Assembly (NCBI GenBank): GCA_023205875.1
Contig: CP060771.1
Coordinates: 1-64,000 of the forward strand
Direction of reading: 5' to 3'
Length of the DNA: 64,000 nt
DNA from: Chloropicon primus
Taxonomy: Eukaryota
Shown here: positions 33,951-43,967 of the stretch, in pieces
Position numbering within the stretch: position 1 is the first letter of the stretch
Layout of the letters: the number at the start of each line of letters is the position of its first letter
Notes under the pieces: generated by a model
The model's database searches: none
Seen by the model: the letters and a program-made list of their open reading frames with translations, nothing else
What the model was told of the DNA's origin: nothing
Made by a program: the position numbers and the translations under genes

Positions 33951-35330
33951 TTACTCCATACCCACTGTCATTCCGAACCCGAACCTGTAGTCCTTTCTAT
34001 AGTGGTCGAGCTCCGCGGAGAGGACAAAGTTCACGCCAACGTTAAGCCTCTCCTCCAAAAAAGCGGTGATGACGCCCGAAGAGTCGACCCTTCCTCGAAG
34101 CCGGCACTGCCTCAGGATGTAGTCGTAACCAAAAGCGGCGCTGGCCTCTCTGGCGTTCCAGTTCCACATCAGCTCACTCGCCAAATAAACCTTCTCGGAG
34201 ACCTTGTGGTGGTAAGTGGCAGAGAGCAACCCAGTCGTGGCGATTTGACACGTAGCGATCCCTGGGTCACCTTGGTGCCTGGCCGCAAAACCCACTCCAG
34301 ACTTCCTTTGGCTGCCGAGGTAGAAGGCCTCTCCGCCGAGAGCAAGGTTGTTCGTGACGGACTGGAAGTAGTTGACGCCGACAAACTGGTTGTTTCCCAC
34401 CTTGACCTGGCCGTTCCAGTCCAAGCCCTTCACGTCAACATCAAACATAGTCTGAGAGTACTGCTTCTCCTCCGCAAGCTGAGCTTGAACCTTGAAAGAC
34501 AAGGCGTCGTTGAGGTCGTACTTGACCCTCCCGGACATCCTTCCGTCGGTCAGCATCCTGCCGATCATCATGCCCTTGTTCCCGATCAAGTTGGCCCCGA
34601 ACTCGTAAGAGCTCACTGGGATCTTCACGATCTGCTGAGGGTTTGCCGTCGGCATCTCCGCGGCACCCATCTGCAGAGAGTGTGACAGGGAGAAACTGCA
34701 GATTGTTTCCCACAAAACAGAAACAGAAACAGAAACAGCCAGAGGCCAAGGGAAAGGAGCGACGTGTCAGACGATGCGATGTGATGATCCAATAATGTTG
34801 TTGTTGTTGTTGGGGCAGATCTATCTTCCCTTCGTCACGTCCATCCGAGGACAACAGACAGAGAGAGAGAGAGAGGGAGGGAGAAGAAGAAGACGGGAGC
34901 TCGTTGACCGAGTGACTCACCTCTGGTTGAGGGGCTTGGTAAAGTCAAACCTCATGCCCTCGAAAGTCTCCGGCCTGAGAGACATGAGACACTCCTTCTG
35001 GAGCTCTTCATATCTCACGGGTTGCGGGAGTTCCATGTAGTCCGTGTCCTTGGCGACTCCCTGTGCAGCGAAGGTTGGCGCCTGCTGCGCCTTGCCAAGA
35101 TCTTCCGCACTCGCGTTCATCTCCTTGTCACCTTCCTCCGTCGTCGCGACGCTCGGTATCAAACTCATTCCCTCTTTCGCTTCCACAACTTCCATCTCAA
35201 ACCTCTTCCCCTTGACGTCGTTCCACAACATCCTCTTCACCTTCCCTTGCATGAGAAGAGGAGCGCTCGCCGTCGTCCCGAACGCCATGCCTCCCCCGCA
35301 ACTCGCCTCCACGCTCTGCCTCGCTCCCAT
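33951..35330 (-). CDS. TOM40: Mitochondrial import channel TOM40; exons 35330-34921 and 34695-33951
   Basis: [65 protein letters not shown] intron 34696-34920. Confidence 0.95.
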
Positions 35331-35814
35331 CCTCTCCTCTCCTCTCCTCTCCTCTCCTCGTCGTCGATCGATCGCGCGCTCCGCTCCTCTCCGCCGCCGT
35401 GATCGATCAGTTTTACACTGCACAGGGGGCGGCGGACTCCGCCGGAACGAACGGGGAAAGGAGGGAGGACAAAGGCAAGGAAGGGGAGGGGAACATCACA
35501 AACGTGTGGTACGGATCCAGGGCTTTCCATTGATACCTCGCTTGCGTCTTGGGGTGCGGTCATTGCGAAGCAGTGCCGGGATTAGTGCAGCACTCTGCAG
35601 CACCAGCAGGTGGTGGACTCGAGGGCAAGAGAGGCGTCCTACGAGGGGGGGAAGAGGGTGGAGGGCGCCAATAACACGACAGAGGTGTGGTACGTCTCCA
35701 GAGAGTTCAACTGATACCTCAATCGAGCGGTTTGGTTCCGATTAGGTTGGATTGTAGTGGTGAAGGTCGAATAAGTCTGCACCTTGTCTCCACCAGAGAG
35801 GGTGCACAGAGAGG

Positions 35815-37728
35815 ATGAAGGTGACCGCGGCAGATGGGGTCCAGGTGTACGAGCTGAGCGCCGGGAAGCGCTTGCCTCACTGGCTCTCGGACAGGAAGAG
35901 GAGGACCCTGTCGAAAGATGCGGATATTAGTCGTAGGGTGGACATCATACAAGACCTGGAGTTCCCCGCGGGCTGCGGGAAGATAAAGCAGAGTGAGGAC
36001 GGGGAGTTCATTCTCGCCACGGGGCTTCACCCGCCACAGGTGCGGTGCTACGAGCTCAAAGAGACTTCCATGAAGTTCTGGCGGGTCTTGGACTCGGAAA
36101 TCATACAGTTCCAGATCCTGTCCGAGGACTACAGCAAGCTCGCCTTCCTTTGCGATAACAGGACGGTTTGTATCCACGCAAAGTTCGGGAATTACTACAA
36201 GTTCAGGATACCAACGCCGGGGAGGGATATGTGCTACAACCCGGAGACGTGTGACTTGCTCTTGTGCGGCTCGTCGAGCGAGGTGTTCCGGTTCAACTTG
36301 CACGACGGGAGGTTTCAAACCAGTTTGAGGGCGGAGAGCACGGGAAGCGGCGAGGATTCTGGGGTGGAGGCGTGCGGGCTGTCGCCGATCCACGGCCTCT
36401 TTGCGACCTGCGGGTCCTCCGGCCACCTCGTTTGCCATGATCTCAGGAGCAGGAGAAGCGTGGCGACTTTTGACGTGGCCGCGTCGGTGAACCAAAACGG
36501 AGTCGGGCTCACGAGCATGAGGTTTGACGACACGGGGTACAACTTGGGCGTTGGCACGGAAACTGGCCTGGTGGCTCTGTACGACTTGAGGTCTTCCAAG
36601 CCCCTGGTGGTGAAGGACCACCTGTACGACACGAAAATAGTGGACATTAAGTTCAGAAATCCAACCAAACTGTCCAACTCTTACTCGTCCAACGCGTCGA
36701 GCTTCTGCGTGCTGAGTTCAGACAGGAAAGCTTGCAAGCTGTGGCGGGGGGACAACGGTGCGACAATCACGAGCATACAGCCCACCAACGGCGGCATCAA
36801 TGACGTGTTGTCGAACCCCTCGGATGGTCTCCTGATGCTTGGCTGCGACTCCCCGAAAATACAAGTCTACTTTGTGCCGATGCTGGGGCCGGCACCAAAA
36901 TGGTCGAGCTACCTGGAGAACGTGACGGAGGAGCTCGACGAGTCCTTCAAGCAGACTGAGGTGGCCCCATCGGCCTACGACGATTACAGGTTCGTCACCA
37001 GGGAGGGCGTCAAGCAGCTGGGTCTTTCTCACCTGCTTGGCACCCCAGTGATGAGGGCGTACATGCACGGCTTCTTCGTGGACAACAGGCTGTACCACAA
37101 GGCAAAGTCCTTGAGTGATCCTTTTGCTTACGATAGGTACAGGCAGCAGGTCGTGAACGACAAGCTCGAGGAGGAGAGGAAGTCCAGGATCAGCATCGCG
37201 AAGAAGATGCCCAAGATCAATGCCAGGCTCGCCTCCAAGCTCCAGGAGGATAAGGAGAAGGAGGAGGAGGAGGAAGAAGAAGGAGGGGACAAGGCGAGCC
37301 AGCCAAAGAGCTTGCTGGACGACGACAGATTCGCTTCTCTGTTCAAGGACGAGAGGTTCAAAATCGACGAGGAGAGCGAGGAGTATCGCATGCTTCACCC
37401 CAACGCTCCCACGACCAAAAAGCCAAGGTTCGCAAAGGAGGACGAATCGAGCGACGAGGAGGAGCAGGAAGGTGATGAGGATGCCGGTGGCCACTTGGCG
37501 CCCAAGATGTACTACGGGAGGAAGCACGACGAGATCGCTTCCATGCCCCTCGATCAGAGGGTGAACAGTCAGGACGACGGTGGTAGTGGCTTGACCTCGG
37601 TGGCGAAGAAGATCACGGGATCCCGAGAAATGACCTATTTCCCAGAAGAAGGGAGGAAGAGCAGAAAGGACGAAGGCGCAAAGCGGGAAAGCAAGTCCAG
37701 GAGGAGGAGGAAGATGGGAAAACTTTAA
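35815..37728 (+). CDS. NOL10: Nucleolar protein 10 / Enp2 (WD40, NUC153)
   Basis: IIQDLEFP, LSEDYSKLAFL, LGPAPKWSSYLENVTEEL, YDDYRFVT, RAYMHGFF, DDRFASLF. Confidence 0.95.
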   Translation: MKVTAADGVQVYELSAGKRLPHWLSDRKRRTLSKDADISRRVDIIQDLEFPAGCGKIKQSEDGEFILATGLHPPQVRCYELKETSMKFWRVLDSEIIQFQILSEDYSKLAFLCDNRTVCIHAKFGNYYKFRIPTPGRDMCYNPETCDLLLCGSSSEVFRFNLHDGRFQTSLRAESTGSGEDSGVEACGLSPIHGLFATCGSSGHLVCHDLRSRRSVATFDVAASVNQNGVGLTSMRFDDTGYNLGVGTETGLVALYDLRSSKPLVVKDHLYDTKIVDIKFRNPTKLSNSYSSNASSFCVLSSDRKACKLWRGDNGATITSIQPTNGGINDVLSNPSDGLLMLGCDSPKIQVYFVPMLGPAPKWSSYLENVTEELDESFKQTEVAPSAYDDYRFVTREGVKQLGLSHLLGTPVMRAYMHGFFVDNRLYHKAKSLSDPFAYDRYRQQVVNDKLEEERKSRISIAKKMPKINARLASKLQEDKEKEEEEEEEGGDKASQPKSLLDDDRFASLFKDERFKIDEESEEYRMLHPNAPTTKKPRFAKEDESSDEEEQEGDEDAGGHLAPKMYYGRKHDEIASMPLDQRVNSQDDGGSGLTSVAKKITGSREMTYFPEEGRKSRKDEGAKRESKSRRRRKMGKL

Positions 37729-37746
37729 GAAAAATTGTATATATCA

Positions 37747-38880
37747 TCATTGGGTCGAGAACCTTTCCCTTCCCATGTAAATGCTCCTCGCATGCTTCTT
37801 CCTCTTTGGCAAGCCCCTTTCCACATCTCTCAGGATGCGGCAACCCAAAGCTTCGACACCGCGCGTGATCCAATCCCAGTTTGCCCTCTTCACGACGCCC
37901 CGGAAGTGGTCTGGCTTGGGGGTGCACATGATGCAGAGCCGCAGGGAGCCGGACTCGCAGACCTTGACAAAGCAACCCATGCCGGAGTCGCAAGGCTCGT
38001 CCCTTTCCCCGAACCGCAGCGAAGACCTCACATATACCTCGCCAGGCACCAACTCGTCATCGCCATGCGGGGGGACGTTGCACAAGAGCCACGGCAAGAT
38101 GCACTCTCGTAGGTCATCGGCGTAAGTGACCTCGTACGAGCCGTCCGTGGCGTGTTTCGAGAGGATCGTGAAATGCAGGTCGAACACCGAGAGAAAGTAA
38201 GAGCTCGATCCCGACTCCAGCAAATGGCGGACGATCACATCCCTCACTTTTGTGCATCTGTCCGCGTCCCCGGTCGCCGCAAGACGACGACTTGCCTGAC
38301 CCTCTCCGAATCCTGCCAAGAGGGAGGTAAGCCAGGGAACCGCGTCTGGCACGCGATCACCCGCCAAGGTGTGCAGTTCCGCGTCCCCTGACATCCCGTA
38401 GCCGCAGGCCCCCAGCACGAGGAAGACGAGCTCGGAGGCCACCTTGAAGTTGTCTTGGTCTTGGCCTCCGCCCTGAGTTGGGCGGGCGAAGACGAAGAGA
38501 ACTTCCGTCCCCACCAGCCTCCTGAATGCAACTTGAAATTCCTCCTTGCGCTCCTTTGTCTTCCATTTGCTGACCGAGCACGTGCTCAACCTCGACCCGC
38601 ACACGTCCCTGTGCAAGTTGTCTATCGATATCAGGTACCTGTGCAGGTCCTCCCTCTCCCCTTCTGTTTCGAAGCCAAGGCTGGGCTTCATTCCGCCCTC
38701 AGACCCGCTCCCCTCGCAATGCTCCAAGCGGAACAGTGTCTCGCAGGCGCTCTCCCCATCGTCCGCCTCCTTGGACAGGTCGTGCTTTCGTAGCACGAGC
38801 ACCAGACCTCTCATCACTGATGGACACTGCTGTGTTGGACTCCTCGGAACAATCCGTTCAATCGCTGCCCTTCCATCCAA
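37747..38880 (-). CDS. Hypothetical protein, possibly longin-domain (Inturned/CCZ1-like)
   Basis: 377-aa ORF with coding-like composition and alternating beta/alpha pattern; family guess is weak. Confidence 0.55.
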   Translation of the reverse strand: MDGRAAIERIVPRSPTQQCPSVMRGLVLVLRKHDLSKEADDGESACETLFRLEHCEGSGSEGGMKPSLGFETEGEREDLHRYLISIDNLHRDVCGSRLSTCSVSKWKTKERKEEFQVAFRRLVGTEVLFVFARPTQGGGQDQDNFKVASELVFLVLGACGYGMSGDAELHTLAGDRVPDAVPWLTSLLAGFGEGQASRRLAATGDADRCTKVRDVIVRHLLESGSSSYFLSVFDLHFTILSKHATDGSYEVTYADDLRECILPWLLCNVPPHGDDELVPGEVYVRSSLRFGERDEPCDSGMGCFVKVCESGSLRLCIMCTPKPDHFRGVVKRANWDWITRGVEALGCRILRDVERGLPKRKKHARSIYMGRERFSTQ

Positions 38881-39219
38881 TGGACCAGGCAGGAGTAATG
38901 CAAGGCACCACGGGACTGAGTTCTCGAGCGTGTGCGTGTGGACTTGTTCACCGCAATGCCGAGCTTCTCATGGTATCGAGTCCAGTACCGAAGAGCCTCC
39001 CTTGGAGGATAAAAAGCCAAGGCAAAGGACAATTCAGTCCACCCTGTCTCTCAATTGGTTCCAAATGAATCGAGTGATGGCTCTTTCGAAAACTCGTGAG
39101 ACGATTCTTCCATCCAGTCCCTTGCTTTGACCTTTGAGTCCAGCCTCGTCACTGCAAGGTCGCCATCAGTCATGCAAGACTCCCCTCTGCTGCACTACCT
39201 TGTCCTTGGGATCCCTGCA

Positions 39220-39258
39220 CTAAAACCTAAAACCTAAAAAACCTAATCTTATCCTAAA
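39220..39258. repeat. Short interstitial telomeric-like tract
   Basis: CTAAAACCTAAAACCTAAAAAACCTAA...CCTAAA, same orientation as the telomere. Confidence 0.8.
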
Positions 39259-39772
39259 CAGGATCTCCAATTGGTTCGCCTAGCCAACCAGGACGAACGA
39301 GAACTTGAGGAGGTGAGTAGACGACGACAATGGCGACGGGTCCACGAGGTGCAAGATTAGATGAAAAGATCGTCTCCGCAGCTTTCCAAAGAGCTCTCAC
39401 TCGAAAGAAATGACGTCGGAATGAGAATGGGAGGAACTGAAACAAGATTTTTGATGGCCTTCTTCGTCCTTGGGTTTTGATGGATGATGTTCCCAGTCCG
39501 TTTGGAAAGGTGAGTTCCAGGCGACGCGGAAGGGTTTGGCGGGCAGAAGGGTCGCCAGTGTCATAGCCTCCATCCGTTCCTCTTTCCTTGGACCCCTCTC
39601 TCCAAGGGAATGACGTGGTGACTGACAGATTTACAGATACAGATCCCTTTCGTTTTGGTGTTGTGTTGTGTGTTGTGCAGCGGCTTGGTCGACTCAAGCG
39701 ACGCCCAGCGTTCGGAATTGAGGCAAAGGAGAAGCCTCGAAGCGTTGGGACTGGAATCGATTTCGTTTCACG

Positions 39773-42700
39773 ATGAATGGCCAACTTCTGACGCGGCGTG
39801 GGCCGGTGAAGCACGTGGAGAAGAGCGGAGTGAAGTGGACGGGAACCCAGAACAACGCGTCGTGTCGGAGGAGGAGTGCGAGACGGCAGCAGAACAGAAA
39901 GGACAGGGTGCACCTTAAGGCATGGAAGGGTCTGAGCCTGGGTGACATGGCCCTTGACACGTCGTCATCGACGAAGCCAACACCCCCAAGCGATGCGATG
40001 AAGAAATACTTGGAGATGACGCAGGGAAGTCAGCAGCCCAAGGCTCCCCCGGAGCAGAAAGGCCTCTTTGAGTTCAACTTTAAGATGCCAAAGATGGAGA
40101 TGCCGAAAGAGGAGGCGCCCTCGAGCGCACCGGAGCCTCCTGCGGTTGTGGACAAGGTGCAGCCCTTGGACATCATCGAGACTCCCCCCCCGGACACGGC
40201 GGCAACTCCAGACGTGATGCCCAAGTTCGAAGCGCCCAAGTTCTCCATGCCCAAGTTTGAGGCACCCAAGATGCCAAAGATGGAGGTGCCAAAGATGGAG
40301 ATGCCAAAGATGGAGGCGCCCTCGAGCGCACCGGAGCCTCCTGCGGTTGTGGACAAGGTGCAGCCCTTGGACATCATTGAGACTCCCCCCGCGGACACGG
40401 CGGCAACTCCAGACGTGATGCCCAAGTTCGAAGCGCCCAAGTTCGAGGCACCCAAGTTCGAGGCGCCCAAGTTCGAAGCGCCCAAGTTCTCCATGCCCAA
40501 GTTTGAGGCACCCAAGATGCCAAAGATGGAAGTGCCAAAGATGGAGGCGCCCTCGAGCGCACCGGAGCCTCCTGCGGTTGTGGACAAGGTGCAGCCCTTG
40601 GACATCATTGAGACTCCCCCCGCGGACACGGCGGCAACTCCAGACGTGATGCCCAAGTTCGAAGCGCCCAAGTTCGAGGCACCCAAGTTCGAGGCGCCCA
40701 AGTTCGAAGCGCCCAAGTTCTCCATGCCCAAGTTTGAGGCACCCAAGATGCCAAAGATGGAAGTGCCAAAGATGGAAGTGCCAAAGATGGAGATGCCAAA
40801 GATGGAGGCGCCCTCGAGCGCACCGGAGCCTCCTGCGGTTGTGGACAAGGTGCAGCCCTTGGACATCATCGAGACTCCCCCCGCGGACACGGCGGCAACT
40901 CCAACCCCAACCCCGCCAAGCGACGCCTTGAAGAAGTACATGGACATGACGCAGGGAACCCAGCAGCCAGAAGCCCCGGCAGCCGCTCCACAAGGAGGCT
41001 TTGAGATGCCCAAGTTCGAAGCGCCCAAGTTCTCTATGCCCAAGTTTGAGGCACCCAAGATGCCAAAGATGGAGGTGCCAAAGATGGAGATGCCTTCCAT
41101 GCCTGAGCTTCCAGCTGCTCCAGAAGCTCCAAGTGCTCCAAGTACTCCGGAACCTGCATCTCCTCTGTCGTGGAGAACGTGCAGCCCTTGGACATCATCG
41201 AGGCTCCCCCCGCGGACACGGCGGCAACTCCAGACGTGATGCCCAAGTTCGAAGCGCCCAAGTTCGAGGCACCCAAATTCGAGGCGCCCAAGTTCGAAGC
41301 GCCCAAGTTCGAGGCGCCCAAGTTCTCCATGCCCAAGTTTGAGGCACCCAAGATGCCAAAGATGGAGGTGCCAAAGATGGAAGTGCCAAAGATGGAGATG
41401 CCAAAGATGGAGATGCCTTCCATGCCTGAGCTTCCAGCTGCTCCAGAAGCTCCAAGTGCTCCAAGTACTCCGGAACCTGGATCTCCTCCTGTCGTGGAGA
41501 ACGTGCAGCCCTTGGACATCATGGAGACTCCCCCTGTCGTGGAGAACGTGCAGCCCTTGGACATCATCGAGACTCCCCCCGCGGACACGCCGGCAACTCC
41601 AGACGTGATGCCCAAGTTCGAAGCGCCCAAGTTCGAGGCACCCAAATTCGAGGCGCCCAAGTTCGAAGCGCCCAAGTTCGAGGCGCCCAAGTTCTCCATG
41701 CCCAAGTTTGAGGCACCCAAGATGCCAAAGATGGAGGTGCCAAAGATGGAAGTGCCAAAGATGGAGATGCCAAAGATGGAGATGCCTTCCATGCCTGAGC
41801 TTCCAGCTGCTCCAGAAGCTCCAAGTGCTCCAAGTACTCCGGAACCTGGATCTCCTCCTGTCGTGGAGAACGTGCAGCCCTTGGACATCATGGAGACTCC
41901 CCCTGTCGTGGAGAACGTGCAGCCCTTGGACATCATCGAGACTCCCCCCGCGGACACGGCGCCCCCTCCAAGCACCATCGAAGTTGAGCCAGCACCACCG
42001 GCGCCGTCAGTCCCAGCTCCTGCTGAGGTCATAGAAGCGCCACCTGCGGCGGCTCCTGAGATCCCCGTGACTCCTCAGCCAGAGGAAGCATCCGGCCTTG
42101 CTCAGCAGAAGTATTTGGAGATGACGGGAGGAAAGGGGGCAGGTGCCGGCGCCGACAGCCAAATGAATTTGGAGATGCCAAAGCTGGATGAGCTCGAGCT
42201 GCCGAAGATCGAGCTCCCTGACGTTGGGTCGGCGATCTCCAACCTCAAGTCCCAGGTGCAAGAGTCCATCGGTAATGTGGACATTCCAGAGGCACCCAAG
42301 CTGCCGGAGGTCCCCAGCTTCATCAAGGATTTTGAACCTGGCTCCGCCGTGTCTGCGGCAAAGGACCAAGCTTTGGATTACCTCCACTCCTTGCCCTTGC
42401 CCGAACCAGTGAACCAAGCGATAGACACTGCCGCAAGCCAGGATCCCAAAGTGTACACGGCGCTCGCTCAATACGGGTTGCCGCTCTTGGCTTTGCTTCT
42501 TTGGAACGACAAGTATGCGGGCTACGCTGGGATCATCTCCCCAAGAAAGATAATCAAGGAGCTGCTCGACGAGAATTCCGATTGCGTTTTGATCGACCTG
42601 CGAGACGACGTGCAGAGGGAGAATGATGGCATCCCAGATCTGAAATTCAAGGCCAGGGAGAGGGTGCAAGCCATCCCTTTCCAAGGGACTGTCCAGGTCG

Positions 42701-43290
42701 CTGCGGGTACGATGAAGAAGGTGTCCTCTGGGGCAACCAAGCTGCAGATCGAGCTCACGGCTCTCCTCGTGTCTTCCCTGCGAGCCATCGATCCAAAGAA
42801 GACGAAAATTTTCTTGATGACCAGCAACAAGTCGACCACCAACGGTGCGGCAAAGGACCTTGCCAGGAGGCTGAGGAAAAAGGGGTGTAAGAGGCCATAC
42901 ATCATGGAAGGCGGCTTCAGGGAGTGGGAGAGGGAGGGCTTGCCTGTGGTGTACGACACGGCAAATTACCAGAAGGGCACGATCAAAGTTGTTTCCGACA
43001 GGGCAGAAATCTTGGCGTCCGAAGCCTCTGAGATCATCGCAGACCCAGTCGTTGCTGTGGGTGCCGCGCTGGGTGCCGGCGGGTTGGGCCTCGCGCTGCT
43101 GAATTACCACTACGTCTTGCAATTCATCGGAGTCTCGGTAGTCTTGGCCAACTCTGCTTCGTACTTGTTTGGTTTTGACAACAAGGAGGCCCTTTGGGGG
43201 GATATGGAGGGCAACATCGGGGATGTCCTGGACAAATCATCCAAGCTGGCCTCGCAGGCCAAGAAACTCACAGATAAAGGCAGAGAGTGA
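39773..43290 (+). CDS. Plastid rhodanese-like (CAS-related) membrane protein with very large repetitive N-terminal region; -1 frameshift at ~41163
   Basis: Transit-like N-terminus; PKFEA/PKME repeats; TM then YAGYAGIISP...LIDLR...DGIPDL...YIMEGGFREW. The two ORFs join if one C is restored in a repeat copy. Confidence 0.85.
40084..41960. repeat. Hierarchical coding tandem repeat: 15-bp PKFEA/PKME units inside ~200-370-bp higher-order units
   Basis: GTGCAGCCCTTGGACATC recurs 9 times; two near-identical 369-bp units in 41170-41960. Confidence 0.95.
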
Positions 43291-43967
43291 TTTTTTTCCC
43301 TTTTCATTAAAAAGTCTGTAAAACAAGCTAACCAGTAGTAGTCTACCACCAAACACCCATCAGATCAGATCAGAGAGAGAAAGAGAGAGAGAGAGAGAGA
43401 GGTCTCACCGCCACCACCACGCCTTGGTGTATTCTTCCCTTCCTCCTATCATGGTGGTTGTCTCCTCCCTGCTGCTAGCAGCTTGTGTACAGAGTCAGAG
43501 AGCGAACAGAGAAGAGAGTCAAAGAGAGAGAGAGAGAGAGAGAATGAGACAAGGGAAGGGATGGAAGCATTCCATGTCTATCCTTGATGTGATGCTAATG
43601 CTCCCCTCCATGTTTCCATGTCTCCTTGTTCTTCCTCCTGGATGGATTTGGGTGTATCTCCTTGTACACTTGTTGCGAGACTTCAGTCAACGAAGGCACG
43701 AGGCGATCAACATCAACGGCACCAAAGAAGCGGAGGAGAGCGTGACGCCCATCCATTGTGTGTGAGGTCCCTGGCTGGAGACACAAGAGAGGGGACTCGG
43801 GGCCACAAGTATCAACACATTAGCACCGGCCTATCGCTTTGAACACGGCCAAGACTCTGCCTTTGGATTGAATTCAGAGAATCTTGGAACTCAAGGCCAA
43901 GGTTGGCTGACTCTGCCTTTGGTTTGGTGCAGCAGCGAGACAAGTTGTGAAGAGGAGAAGGATTGTG

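Noticed and set aside
12030..41175. Programmed ribosomal frameshifting at the three split genes
   Set aside because: No slippery heptamer noticed; each break is fixed by adding one base, which is typical of long-read deletion errors.
39965..42032. Antisense ORFs with ASNLG / HLWHL pentapeptide repeats
   Set aside because: Reverse-complement readings of the PKFEA/PKME coding repeat.
43424..43842. Small ORFs between the rhodanese gene and CFAP100
   Set aside because: Short and overlapping on both strands, with no motif or clear codon bias; cannot be supported without expression data.
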